Positions 11,420-21,483 of a DNA stretch of 64,000 nt are shown one piece after another (within the stretch, counting starts at the first letter, position 1; the number at the start of each line of letters is the position of its first letter). The position numbers and the translations under genes are program-made. The stretch is taken from assembly GCA_963674595.2 (NCBI GenBank), contig CAXXFV010000003.1, positions 288,001-352,000 of the forward strand. The letters run 5' to 3'. The notes beneath the pieces were generated by a model that saw nothing but the letters and a program-made list of their open reading frames with translations, was not told where the DNA came from and made no database searches. This DNA is from a bacterium (lineage in GTDB: Bacteria; Zhuqueibacterota; Zhuqueibacteria; Residuimicrobiales; Krinioviventaceae).

Positions 11420-11474
11420 TTGACAATTTAACATTGAATTAGTATATTTGTTCTAAGAATTTGAACCGGTTTAA
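11420..11474 (+). promoter_or_regulatory. Sigma70 promoter plus LacI-type operator of the TRAP/hexuronate operon
   Basis: TTGACA(11420)-N17-TATATT(11443); near-palindrome TTGAACCGGTTTAA at 11461-11474. Confidence 0.75.
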
Positions 11475-11493
11475 AAACTCACTGGAGGGCATA

Positions 11494-12483
11494 ATGCAGC
11501 CTATCAAATTATATCTTAAATTGTTTTCGATCTTATTGTTAGCCGTTTTTATTTTGTCAGGTTGCGGCACTAAAAGCAACGTTGTTTCATTAAAAATGGC
11601 TCATGGCCTGGATGTCAGTCATCCGGTTCACAAAGCTATGGTTTTTATGGCAGAGAAAGCCTGGGAAAAATCGGATTCAACATTAAAAGTTGATATCTAT
11701 CCAAGTGAACAATTGGGAAATGAAAAAGAGTGTATTGAACAACTGCAACTGGGAAGCCTGGCAATGACCAAAGTCTCCAGCAGCCCCCTGGAGAGTTTTA
11801 TTCCGAAATTAAAAGTATTGGCCCTCCCCTATTTGTTCCGAGATGCCGAACATAAATGGAACGTATTTAACGGACCGATTGGTAAAGAACTTTTATCTGC
11901 CGGTGAACCCGAAGGTTTAAAAGGATTATGTTTTTATGATGCAGGCGCCAGAAGTTTTTACACAACTTCTAAACCAATCCTGCACCCGGATGATCTGAAA
12001 GGTCTTAAAATAAGAACACAGCAAAGCCCGATGGCTATTAAAATGATCTCCACACTGGGCGGTTCAGCTACACCCATTTCATGGGGCGAACTTTATACCT
12101 CATTACAGCAGGGCGTTGTTGACGGTGCAGAAAACAATCAACCGAGTTTATACACCTCAAATCACTATGAAGTTTGTAAACATTATAGTCTGGATGAACA
12201 CACAATGGTTCCGGATATTGTTATGATCAGTACCATCGTGTGGAATCGTTTATCAGAGGCACATAAAAAAGCATTACAGGAAGCTATTGATGAATCCGTT
12301 CCCTATCAAATCAATCTTTGGAATGAGTTTGTTCGGGATGCAACAGATAAAATGGTGGCAAAAGGATTAAAAATATATAACCCGGATAAAGCCGCTTTTA
12401 TGGAACGAGCAAAAGAGATGTATAAAGAATTTGAAGGAACAGAAATCGGCGAACTGGCAAAACGTATTCAAAAAGTTGAGTAA
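11494..12483 (+). CDS. dctP: TRAP transporter substrate-binding lipoprotein DctP (probably uronate)
   Basis: LSGC lipobox, YPSEQLG, DLKGLKIR, ELYTSLQQGVVDGAEN; ATG at 11494 follows GGAGG. Confidence 0.92.
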   Translation: MQPIKLYLKLFSILLLAVFILSGCGTKSNVVSLKMAHGLDVSHPVHKAMVFMAEKAWEKSDSTLKVDIYPSEQLGNEKECIEQLQLGSLAMTKVSSSPLESFIPKLKVLALPYLFRDAEHKWNVFNGPIGKELLSAGEPEGLKGLCFYDAGARSFYTTSKPILHPDDLKGLKIRTQQSPMAIKMISTLGGSATPISWGELYTSLQQGVVDGAENNQPSLYTSNHYEVCKHYSLDEHTMVPDIVMISTIVWNRLSEAHKKALQEAIDESVPYQINLWNEFVRDATDKMVAKGLKIYNPDKAAFMERAKEMYKEFEGTEIGELAKRIQKVE

Positions 12484-12486
12484 ATT

Positions 12487-13002
12487 ATGTGGATAAAAAT
12501 AAAATCTGCATTGGATAAATCACTGGAATGGTTAACGGCCATCCTCATGGCAGCATTAACCATTGATGTCACATGGCAGGTTATCACCAGATTTATTTTA
12601 AAAAACCCCAGTGACTGGACAGAAGAACTGGCCACGTTTCTTATGATTTGGGTTGGCTTATTGGGTGCAGCAGTTGCATTAAACAGAGGCGCCCACCTTG
12701 GCATAGATTATTTTGTGTCAAAATTCAAACCGGCTAACCGCCTGTTTACAGAGTTGTTTGTTCATCTGTCTGTAGGATTCTTTTCTGTTGGTGTTATGTT
12801 ATTAGGTGGTCTCAAGCTTGTTACTATAACCATGGCACGCGGACAGATTTCTCCGGCATTAAAAATCCCCATGGGATATGTTTATTTAGCAATACCCATT
12901 GCCGGATTTTTCTTAACATACTATAGTCTTGAATTTTTAATAGAAACAATAATAAAATTAAAGGCTAAAAATAAAAATGATGTTCCTTATGTAAAAATAT
13001 AA
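12487..13002 (+). CDS. dctQ: TRAP transporter small permease DctQ
   Basis: Four TM helices, WTEEL, HLGID. Confidence 0.92.
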   Translation: MWIKIKSALDKSLEWLTAILMAALTIDVTWQVITRFILKNPSDWTEELATFLMIWVGLLGAAVALNRGAHLGIDYFVSKFKPANRLFTELFVHLSVGFFSVGVMLLGGLKLVTITMARGQISPALKIPMGYVYLAIPIAGFFLTYYSLEFLIETIIKLKAKNKNDVPYVKI

Positions 13003-13037
13003 TGTAATAACATTGACTCTTTAATAAAGGTTCTTCT

Positions 13038-14333
13038 ATGGATTGGCCTGTTATTGTTTTAATTACAAGTTTTCTTATATTTTTAGTATTAAATGTACCC
13101 ATAGCTGTTTCAATCGGTCTGTCATCGCTGTTGACCATTTTTACAATCGGAGGCATACCGGCATTTTTAACTATTGCACACAAAATTGCAACAGGAATAG
13201 ACAGTTTTGCATTGTTAGCTATACCATTTTTTATCCTGGCAGGACAACTAATGGGCCAGGGCGGAATTGCCAAACGTTTAATCGATTTTGCCAACGTGCT
13301 TGTCGGTAGATTTCCAGGCGGACTGTCCTTTGTCAACATTCTGACCTGCATGCTCTTTGGTGCAATATCCGGCTCTGCTGTTGCGGCCGTTTCGAGTGTT
13401 GGTGGTTTTATGATTCCGCTGATGAATAAAGAAGGTTATCACCGTGACTTTAATGCCTCTGTCACTATTACGGCGGCAACAACCGGTCTTCTTATTCCTC
13501 CGAGCAATGTAATGATTGTTTACTCCCTGGCTACAGGTGGTGCAGTTTCCATTGCCGCCATATTCCTGGCCGGATTTCTGCCGGGAATTTTAATGGGGCT
13601 TGGTTTAATGGTTGTCAGTGGATTCATATCCGTTAAAAATGGCTATGGTAAAGGTGTAACCTTTGGTTTTCAGGAAAGTATTAAAAGATTTCTAATCGCT
13701 ATCCCGGCACTGTTTTTAGTTGTACTGGTCCTTGGCGGTATTCTGGCCGGATATTTCACAGCCACGGAAGCCTCTGCTATTGCCGTTGTTTATGCGCTTA
13801 TTTTATCCGTCTTTGTTTATCGTGAAGTTAAAATAAAAGATTTACCCAAAATTTTCCTTCAGGCAGGAATCACTACCTCTGTTGTATTTCTATTAATTGG
13901 CACATCTATGGCCATGTCCTATGTTCTTGCTTATGAAAATATCCCCCAAAATATTAGCGCTGCGCTGCTGAGTATCACGCAAAACAAAATTATAATTTTA
14001 TTAATTATTAATTTATTATTATTGTTTGTCGGAACTTTTATGGATATGACGCCCGCAGTCCTTATTTTTACCCCTATTTTCCTCCCAATCGTTACAGGGC
14101 TGGGTGTGCATCCTATCCATTTTGGCATTCTGATGATTATGAATTTATGTATAGGCATTTGTACTCCACCTGTAGGTTCATGCCTTTTTGTAGGGTGTGG
14201 TATTGCCGAAACAACAATTACCAAAGTCATTCGCCATATTCTTCCATTTTTTATGGCAATGATAATCGTACTGTTTATAGTTACCTATATCCCTGCTATT
14301 TCTCTGATCGTACCAAAACTTTTTGGATTTTAA
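13038..14333 (+). CDS. dctM: TRAP transporter large permease DctM
   Basis: LLAIPFFILAG, FGAISGS, LLIPPS, FTATE, TPPVG. Confidence 0.95.
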   Translation: MDWPVIVLITSFLIFLVLNVPIAVSIGLSSLLTIFTIGGIPAFLTIAHKIATGIDSFALLAIPFFILAGQLMGQGGIAKRLIDFANVLVGRFPGGLSFVNILTCMLFGAISGSAVAAVSSVGGFMIPLMNKEGYHRDFNASVTITAATTGLLIPPSNVMIVYSLATGGAVSIAAIFLAGFLPGILMGLGLMVVSGFISVKNGYGKGVTFGFQESIKRFLIAIPALFLVVLVLGGILAGYFTATEASAIAVVYALILSVFVYREVKIKDLPKIFLQAGITTSVVFLLIGTSMAMSYVLAYENIPQNISAALLSITQNKIIILLIINLLLLFVGTFMDMTPAVLIFTPIFLPIVTGLGVHPIHFGILMIMNLCIGICTPPVGSCLFVGCGIAETTITKVIRHILPFFMAMIIVLFIVTYIPAISLIVPKLFGF

Positions 14334-14336
14334 AAC

Positions 14337-14368
14337 AAAACGCCGGAATATAAAAACCGGCGTTTTTT
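14337..14368 (+). terminator. Hairpin/terminator between dctM and the LacI gene
   Basis: aaaacgccgg/ccggcgtttttt. Confidence 0.65.
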
Positions 14369-14379
14369 AACTACAAAAA

Positions 14380-14393
14380 TTAAAGCGGTTCAA
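14380..14393. promoter_or_regulatory. Second LacI-type operator, directly before the regulator start codon
   Basis: TTAAAGCGGTTCAA (reverse complement TTGAACCGCTTTAA), one mismatch to the site at 11461. Confidence 0.65.
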
Positions 14394-14396
14394 ATT

Positions 14397-15434
14397 ATGG
14401 CAATTACAATTTCCGACATTGCACGGATTGCAGGTGTCTCTCGTGCAACTGTTTCCGGTGTTCTTAATAACAATCCATCTGTTAGTGAAAAAACCAGGCA
14501 ACGAATACTAACAATTATCAAAGAGCATGATTACAGACCAAATGAAATCGCTCGGGCATTAGCCTTAAATCAAACAGATATTATCGGACTTATTGTTAAA
14601 GATATTTCAAATCCCCTATATAGTAAAATTGCATTGGGTGTTGAAGAGACCTGTGCAAAAATGGGGTATTCAGTCATTATTGGTAACACTCAAAAAGATA
14701 TTCAACGCGAAATTTCACACATAAATCTGCTGAAAAGACGACGTGTAGACGGGCTCATTATTTTTCCATTGCAGCGAGGTGCAGATCTGGGTCATCTTTT
14801 TGAACTCAAAGAAGAAAATTATCCTTTTGTTCTTCTTGCTGAAGTTCCCGGTATAAAAGCAGACCTTGTCCGTTCGGATGATCAACCCGGCGCCTATCAG
14901 GCCACTAAACACCTGATAAATCTGGGTAGAAAACATATCGCTTACATAACAGGGCCGCAAAACGCCCTGGCAAATGACAGAAGACTTGGCTCCTATAAGC
15001 AGGCGCTCAATGATCACAATTTATCTTTAAATGAAGAACTGATACGTCCTGGCGGCTGGAGACGGAGTGACGGCTATAAAGCCGGTAAATTAATGCTAAA
15101 CGAGCTAAAAGAATATCCGGATGGTGCATTTTGTTACAACGATGCGGTTGCAATTGGTTTCATAAGAGCATTAGTTGAACATGGATTACGAATTCCCCAG
15201 GATGTGGCTATCGTCGGGTTTGATGATGCCGGTTCTGCCGCATATTTGGAGACAGCATTAACTACAGTAGAACAGCCCGCCAAAGAAATTGGAAACAAGG
15301 CCGCTCAATTGCTTGTAGAGCGGATTAAAAATAAAAAAGAACAACAGAGAACTAAAAAGATACTTTTACCCACATCATTAGTTATTCGTGAATCATGCGG
15401 TGCCAATGAAAAAGGTTCGGTTAAAGTATTCTAA
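14397..15434 (+). CDS. LacI-family transcriptional regulator
   Basis: TISDIARIAGVSRATVS HTH, YRPNEIARAL hinge, VGFDD, LTTV. Confidence 0.95.
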   Translation: MAITISDIARIAGVSRATVSGVLNNNPSVSEKTRQRILTIIKEHDYRPNEIARALALNQTDIIGLIVKDISNPLYSKIALGVEETCAKMGYSVIIGNTQKDIQREISHINLLKRRRVDGLIIFPLQRGADLGHLFELKEENYPFVLLAEVPGIKADLVRSDDQPGAYQATKHLINLGRKHIAYITGPQNALANDRRLGSYKQALNDHNLSLNEELIRPGGWRRSDGYKAGKLMLNELKEYPDGAFCYNDAVAIGFIRALVEHGLRIPQDVAIVGFDDAGSAAYLETALTTVEQPAKEIGNKAAQLLVERIKNKKEQQRTKKILLPTSLVIRESCGANEKGSVKVF

Positions 15435-15455
15435 GACAACAAAAAGGGTCTATCT

Positions 15456-16997
15456 ATGAAAAGCGATCAACAACTACAAGAATTGATGAATCAAATAAAA
15501 ACTCAATTTGACATCAAAATTGAAAAATATTATGAAACATCTTTGGTCGATAAAGATCAACAGAATTATGTGCTTTTAAAAACTGAAACCAGTAAAAAAT
15601 TGTTGGTATGGGGTCAGGAAGCGGATGCTCAGTTTAAGGGCGAGTCTGTTCAGTTAAAAATAGGTGATGTTGATTATGATGTAAAACTGTGCCCGCTTAC
15701 CCATGAAAATAGTTTAATAATGAGAAAAGTCTTTCCCTGGACAGGTCCAAAAACGGTTGGGTTACAAACGAGTTTCGGTGCCGGAGACAGAATTGGTGTT
15801 GCAACCCCCGGTCATATCAGAGCGCTGAAACAATACAACATCGTTCCGGTAATTGCCCAACAATCCATTCGCGAAATGAACCGAACGGTCCGTACATCAG
15901 AAGAGGTTATGGATGATGTTACCTGGGCTGTTTTTCAGGAAGGATATAAAGATGGATTCGGTTCTGACGCTGATCACCTTAAAACAGAACAGGATATTCA
16001 AAATACATTTGCAGCCGGATTTACAGGCTTTACCGTTGATCCATCCGACCATATAAATAATGAGGCAGACACATTAACTTCGGATGATCTTGAAAAAGCA
16101 TATCTTGGCGTATTTGATTCACCTGAATCAGCACAGGAGTTTTTAAAAAAATATGCTAATAACGAGGTCACGGTAAAAGGTAATGACAGATCATTAACTC
16201 TTTTTATCCCGGAAGAAGAAGTCAAAAGACTGGCCGTAAAATATATGACGGCAATCAAACATACCATCAACTGTTATAACCTTTTAAAGTCTCTTCATGG
16301 TGATAAGGAATTTGATTTTGAAATGTCGGTAGACGAAACAGAAACACCAACAACAGTAGCTGCCCATTATATCGTAGCAAACGAATTAGCCAAAGCTGAG
16401 GTACAGTGCACTTCGTTGGCGCCGAGGTTTATTGGTGAATTTCAAAAAGCAATCGATTATATCGGTGATGTCGATACGTTCCGCCAGCAGCTTATCGATC
16501 ATGTAACAATTTCTCAACATTTTGGCGGCTACAAAATCAGCATCCATTCCGGAAGTGATAAATACTCTATCTTTCCGATTGTTGGTGAAGAAACAAAAGG
16601 CGTATTTCATGAAAAAACAGCCGGCACAAGTTATCTTGAAGCATTACGAATTGTCAGCCGACATGATACAAAGTTGTTCCGTGAGATCGCCGTATTTGCA
16701 CGCGAAAAATTTGAAAAAGAACGTTTTTCCTATCATGTAACAACAGATATGAAAAAAGTTCCGACTGTAGATCAACTGACCGATGCTCAACTGGAATCCA
16801 TGCTGAACGAAGACGATGCAAGACAGGTACTGCATATCACTTTTGGTGGTACGTTGACGGAAAAGGATGCAAACGGTAATTATATTTTCAGAAATCGTAT
16901 TCTGGATGTTTTACACAAACAGGAAGAAGAACATTATAACGTTCTGGAAACTCTTTTTATAAAACATATTGAAGCATTTGGCGTTACAAAAAAATAA
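15456..16997 (+). CDS. uxaE: Tagaturonate/fructuronate epimerase
   Basis: SFGAGDRIG, AQQSIRE, DADHLK, FEMSVDET, APRFIGEFQKAIDY, SIHSGSDK, KTAGTSYLEAL. Confidence 0.92.
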   Translation: MKSDQQLQELMNQIKTQFDIKIEKYYETSLVDKDQQNYVLLKTETSKKLLVWGQEADAQFKGESVQLKIGDVDYDVKLCPLTHENSLIMRKVFPWTGPKTVGLQTSFGAGDRIGVATPGHIRALKQYNIVPVIAQQSIREMNRTVRTSEEVMDDVTWAVFQEGYKDGFGSDADHLKTEQDIQNTFAAGFTGFTVDPSDHINNEADTLTSDDLEKAYLGVFDSPESAQEFLKKYANNEVTVKGNDRSLTLFIPEEEVKRLAVKYMTAIKHTINCYNLLKSLHGDKEFDFEMSVDETETPTTVAAHYIVANELAKAEVQCTSLAPRFIGEFQKAIDYIGDVDTFRQQLIDHVTISQHFGGYKISIHSGSDKYSIFPIVGEETKGVFHEKTAGTSYLEALRIVSRHDTKLFREIAVFAREKFEKERFSYHVTTDMKKVPTVDQLTDAQLESMLNEDDARQVLHITFGGTLTEKDANGNYIFRNRILDVLHKQEEEHYNVLETLFIKHIEAFGVTKK

Positions 16998-17009
16998 CCG
17001 GAGGAAATT

Positions 17010-17789
17010 TTGAGTTATATTGAAAACATTTTTAGTTTAAAAGGTAAAGTTGCAGCGGTTATCGGCGGCGGTGGTGTCTTGGCCGGCGCTATGGCAGAAG
17101 GTTTGGCAAAAGCCGGAGCTGACATAGCCATTCTGGACTTGAACCCGGAAAATGCAAAAAACACAGCGGATAAAATGAGTGCGCATGGTGTAAAATCACT
17201 GCCCATTGCTGTTAATGCAACATCCAAAGAAGAATTGACTAAAGCAGAAGAACAGATCAGAAAAGAGCTGGGTGCCACATCCATTCTTATTAATGCACCC
17301 GGAATCAACTCGTCCACACCGTTTTTCGAAATTGCAGAAGAAGAATGGGACAAAATTATACAGGTAAACCTGAAAAGCATTTTTATGGCCAGTCAAATTT
17401 TCGGTAAAAAAATGATTGAGAATAATTTAAAAGGAAGCATTATAAATATTTCATCAGCTTCCTCAGGACCGCCTCTGTCTAAAGTTTTTACCTATAGCAT
17501 TAGTAAAGCCGGTATAAATAACATGACACAGTTTTTAGCTAAAGAATGGGCAACGCAGGGTATACGCGTTAATGCAATTGCACCCGGATTTTTTCCGGCA
17601 GAACAAAACAGAAAAATCCTGACAAAAGAACGTGTAGCATCCATTATGGGGCATACCCCAATGGACCGTTTCGGTGAAGCTGAAGAGCTTGTCGGCGCAA
17701 CCATTTGGTTGGCCTCTGAAAAGGCCTCCTCATTTGTTACAGGTGCTATTGTCAGAGTCGATGGTGGATTTACAGCAATGACGATATAA
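17010..17789 (+). CDS. SDR oxidoreductase, D-mannonate oxidoreductase/fructuronate reductase-like
   Basis: GGGGVL, YSISKA, NAIAPGFFPAEQNR, HTPMDRFG; directly after uxaE. Confidence 0.8.
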   Translation: MSYIENIFSLKGKVAAVIGGGGVLAGAMAEGLAKAGADIAILDLNPENAKNTADKMSAHGVKSLPIAVNATSKEELTKAEEQIRKELGATSILINAPGINSSTPFFEIAEEEWDKIIQVNLKSIFMASQIFGKKMIENNLKGSIINISSASSGPPLSKVFTYSISKAGINNMTQFLAKEWATQGIRVNAIAPGFFPAEQNRKILTKERVASIMGHTPMDRFGEAEELVGATIWLASEKASSFVTGAIVRVDGGFTAMTI

Positions 17790-17863
17790 TTATTTTAGGA
17801 ATGTCAATAATAATTTATAAAAATAAACAACTAAACTTGAAACAAGAATTTGGAGTCATTTAA

Positions 17864-19318
17864 ATGAGTACTTTTGACATTGGACTTGTCGGGCTCGCCG
17901 TTATGGGTGAGAATTTGGTTTTAAATATGGAAAATCACGGTTTTTCAGTTGCCGTATTCAACAGAACAACAAGCAAGGTTGACAATTTTGTAAACGGCCG
18001 TGCAAAAGGCAAAAACATTAAAGGCTGTTATTCTATTGAAGAGTTGATTGCCAATTTAAAACGACCACGCAAAATCATGTTAATGGTTAAAGCCGGTGCA
18101 GCAGTAGACAGTTTTATAGAAATGCTGCTTCCGCATTTGGAAAAAGGCGACATTATCATTGACGGCGGTAACAGCCATTTTCCGGATACCATGCGACGAA
18201 CAAATTATCTTGAAGAAAAAGGTGTTCTTTTTATCGGTACCGGTGTTTCCGGCGGCGAAGAAGGCGCATTAACCGGTCCTTCAATTATGCCGGGCGGTTC
18301 AACTGAAGCATGGCCGCATGTAAAACCGATTTTTCAGGCAATTGCAGCCAAAGTTTCCGATGGTTCACCCTGCTGCGAATGGGTAGGACGTGATGGTGCA
18401 GGCCATTTTGTTAAAACAGTCCACAATGGCATCGAATACGGTGATATGCAGATGATTTGTGAAGCTTATAATTTGATGAAAAATGTTTTAGGCATGTCTA
18501 CTGAAGAAATGCACAACGTTTTTGGTGAATGGAATAAAGGCGAACTGGACAGTTATTTAATCGAAATTACCCGAGATATTCTGGCTAAAAAAGATGAAGA
18601 AACAAACGAACCGATTGTAGAATTAATTCTTGATACGGCTGGTCAAAAAGGCACCGGTAAATGGACCAGTCAGGCTGCATTGGACCTCGGCATCCCGGCA
18701 CAAACAGTTGCCGAAGCGGTGTTTGCCCGCGCTATGAGTGCTATTAAAGAAGAACGTGTTGCTGCATCCAAAGAGTTAAAAGGACCGGATGCAAAATTTA
18801 CCGGAGATAAAGAAGAATTTGTTGAAATGATCCGTAAAGCATTATACGCTTCAAAAATTTGTTCCTATGCTCAGGGTTACCAGCTCATGCGCGCAGCCGC
18901 AGCAGAATATAACTGGGACCTGAAATATGGTGAAATCGCACTGATGTGGCGCGGCGGATGTATTATTCGCGCTCACTTTTTGGAAAAAATTAAAGCAGCT
19001 TTTGATAAAAAACCGGACCTGGCAAATCTGCTGCTCGATCCGTACTTTAACAATATTATCGAACAAAATCAAAAGGCATGGCGGGCCGTTATTTCCAAAG
19101 CTGTTGAAATTGGTATTCCGGTTCCTGCATTTAACAGCGCCCTGGCTTATTATGACAGTTACCGAAACGAACGTTTACCGGCGAATCTGCTTCAAGCCCA
19201 AAGAGATTACTTTGGCGCACACACTTATGAAAGAATCGACAAACCTAGAGGTGAGTTCTTCCATACAAATTGGACAGGACGCGGTGGCACTACTTCAGCA
19301 ACAACCTATAACGCTTAG
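17864..19318 (+). CDS. gnd: 6-phosphogluconate dehydrogenase (NADP+, decarboxylating)
   Basis: [52 protein letters not shown]. Confidence 0.98.
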   Translation: MSTFDIGLVGLAVMGENLVLNMENHGFSVAVFNRTTSKVDNFVNGRAKGKNIKGCYSIEELIANLKRPRKIMLMVKAGAAVDSFIEMLLPHLEKGDIIIDGGNSHFPDTMRRTNYLEEKGVLFIGTGVSGGEEGALTGPSIMPGGSTEAWPHVKPIFQAIAAKVSDGSPCCEWVGRDGAGHFVKTVHNGIEYGDMQMICEAYNLMKNVLGMSTEEMHNVFGEWNKGELDSYLIEITRDILAKKDEETNEPIVELILDTAGQKGTGKWTSQAALDLGIPAQTVAEAVFARAMSAIKEERVAASKELKGPDAKFTGDKEEFVEMIRKALYASKICSYAQGYQLMRAAAAEYNWDLKYGEIALMWRGGCIIRAHFLEKIKAAFDKKPDLANLLLDPYFNNIIEQNQKAWRAVISKAVEIGIPVPAFNSALAYYDSYRNERLPANLLQAQRDYFGAHTYERIDKPRGEFFHTNWTGRGGTTSATTYNA

Positions 19319-19335
19319 TGTCTGTTCACTGAATG

Positions 19336-19370
19336 ATTCGGCCCGTTCGATTACGGGCCGAATATTATTT
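19336..19370 (+). terminator. Hairpin after gnd
   Basis: attcggcccgt/acgggccgaat 11-bp stem, weak T tail. Confidence 0.55.
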
Positions 19371-19389
19371 TATATATTATGTGAGAAAA

Positions 19390-20157
19390 ATGAATACCAA
19401 TTTTAATTTAGAAAATAAAACAGCTCTGATAACAGGAGCCAGCCGTGGTTTGGGTAAAGCTGTTTCACTGGCTTTTGCCGACGCAGGTGCAGACATTGTT
19501 CTGGTTTCGCGAGGTGAAAAAGCTTTGCTCAAAGTGAAAGCAGAAATTGAATTAAAAAACAAAAAAGCCTGGATATTTACGCACGATTTTTCAGATACGC
19601 AGGCCATCCCTGAACTTTATGACAGAATTTTAGAACAAACAAAATCCATTGACATTATTGTCAATGCAGCCGGAATGATCTTCAGGACCGATGCAGCCGA
19701 TTTTCCGTTGGAAGAATGGAATAAAATTCTGGCCGTTAACCTGACGGCCCCTTTTGTCCTGAGCCAGTGTTTTGCAAAATCCTGTATGAAACAACAAAAA
19801 CCAGGAAAAATCATCAACTTTGCTTCTCTGCTCAGCAGAGCGGCGCGACCGTCTCTTCCGGCATATACGGCGAGCAAGGGCGGTATTGTTCAGTTAACAG
19901 CAGCGCTGGCTGTTGAATGGGCGGAGCATCGTATTAATGTCAATGCCATCGGCCCCGGATATTTTGAAACAGAAATGACACGGCCGTTGTCTGAAGATAA
20001 AGAATTTTCAGAATGGGTCAAACAACGTACGCCCATGAATCGTTGGGGACAGCCGTCCGAGCTGACAGGTACGGCCGTCTTTTTAGCATCCGAAGCATCA
20101 AATTTTATTACCGGACAGACGATTTATGTAGACGGCGGCTGGCTGGCCAATTTATAA
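19390..20157 (+). CDS. SDR oxidoreductase, gluconate 5-dehydrogenase (IdnO/Gno)/KduD-like
   Basis: TGASRGLG, YTASKGG, NAIGPGYFETEMT, RTPMNRWG, YVDGGW. Confidence 0.82.
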   Translation: MNTNFNLENKTALITGASRGLGKAVSLAFADAGADIVLVSRGEKALLKVKAEIELKNKKAWIFTHDFSDTQAIPELYDRILEQTKSIDIIVNAAGMIFRTDAADFPLEEWNKILAVNLTAPFVLSQCFAKSCMKQQKPGKIINFASLLSRAARPSLPAYTASKGGIVQLTAALAVEWAEHRINVNAIGPGYFETEMTRPLSEDKEFSEWVKQRTPMNRWGQPSELTGTAVFLASEASNFITGQTIYVDGGWLANL

Positions 20158-20181
20158 ACATATATTTCAGGAAAAAATATA

Positions 20182-21450
20182 ATGATCGGACAAGGATTCA
20201 CAGATAAAAATTTAAATGAACAGCAGGTTCAGGAACTTTGCCGACAGGCTTTTGAAGAGAATAAAAACCTGCTTGAAGGGAAAAAAGTATTGGCCATTAT
20301 TCCGGACCATTCCCGAACCGCGCCAATTGATATAATGTTTCGCACTTTTTATAACCTGTTGGCAGATAAAGTTAAAAATCTTGATTTTATCATTGCCTTA
20401 GGGACCCATCCGCCTATGACGGAAGAAATGATTTATCAGCGTGTGGGTATAACCGCAGAACAGCATCAAAACGTGTACTCAAAAGCACGTTTTTTCAATC
20501 ATCACTGGGACGACCCCGCGCAACTGGCGAATATCGGGACAATTTCAGCAAAACAAGTTGCCGAAATATCCAACGGACTTTTGAATGAAAAAGTTGATGT
20601 AACAATCAATAAAATGGTGCTGGATTATGATGTTCTCTTCATCATTGGCCCGACGTTCCCGCACGAAGTTGTGGGATTTTCAGGCGGAAATAAATATTTA
20701 TTTCCGGGTATCGGCGGAAAAGAAATTATCGACATGTTTCACTGGCTGGGCGCTTTAATAACCAATCCGGCAATTATAGGGACAAAATACACACCCGTCC
20801 GTAAAGTTGTGGACATCGCCGCTGCATTTTTACCGGTTCCTCGCTTATGTGCAAGTCTGGTTGTGAAGGGAACCGACCTTGCCGGTTTATATATCGGTAC
20901 CCCGGAAGAGGCCTGGGCTTCCGCATCAAATTTATCAGATAAATTACATATTGTATATAAGGACCATCCTTTTAAAAGTGTTTTATCATGTGCACCTGCC
21001 ATGTACGATGAAATATGGACAGGCGGTAAATGCATGTACAAGCTGGAACCCGTTGTAGCAGATGGCGGGGAACTGATTATTTATGCTCCTCATATCAGCG
21101 AGGTTTCCATCACACATGGAAAAATTATCGAACAAATCGGTTACCATGTTCGAGATTATTTTACAAAACAGCCTGAAAAATTTGCCGATATTCCGGGCGG
21201 TGTTAAAGCACATTCAACACATGTCAGGGGTGTCGGTACATTTGAAAATGGCATAGAAAAACCCAGGGTGCAGGTGACGCTGGCCACAAAAATACCGGAA
21301 GAAACTTGTAAAAAGATTAATCTGGGTTATCGTGATCCGGATTCGATTGACGTTTCCGAGTGGCAGGACCGGGAAGATGAAGGTTATTTATATGTTAAAA
21401 AAGCAGGTGAAATGCTGTATCGGTTAAAAAATGATCCGTTTAAATTATAA
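20182..21450 (+). CDS. LarA-family nickel-pincer-dependent alpha-hydroxyacid racemase/epimerase
   Basis: PDHSRT, IALGTHPPM, NHHW, PHEVVGFSGGNKY, GGKCMYK, GGELII. Confidence 0.88.
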   Translation: MIGQGFTDKNLNEQQVQELCRQAFEENKNLLEGKKVLAIIPDHSRTAPIDIMFRTFYNLLADKVKNLDFIIALGTHPPMTEEMIYQRVGITAEQHQNVYSKARFFNHHWDDPAQLANIGTISAKQVAEISNGLLNEKVDVTINKMVLDYDVLFIIGPTFPHEVVGFSGGNKYLFPGIGGKEIIDMFHWLGALITNPAIIGTKYTPVRKVVDIAAAFLPVPRLCASLVVKGTDLAGLYIGTPEEAWASASNLSDKLHIVYKDHPFKSVLSCAPAMYDEIWTGGKCMYKLEPVVADGGELIIYAPHISEVSITHGKIIEQIGYHVRDYFTKQPEKFADIPGGVKAHSTHVRGVGTFENGIEKPRVQVTLATKIPEETCKKINLGYRDPDSIDVSEWQDREDEGYLYVKKAGEMLYRLKNDPFKL

Positions 21451-21483
21451 TTATATATAGATACGATTATTTCGGAGGATAAA

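Noticed and set aside
11461-11493. N-terminal extensions in the ORF track (dctP from 11461, SDR2 from 19333, FAD oxidoreductase from 31434, pfkA from 48741)
   Set aside because: Downstream ATGs fit RBS position or signal peptides better, and several extensions overlap an operator, hairpin or promoter.
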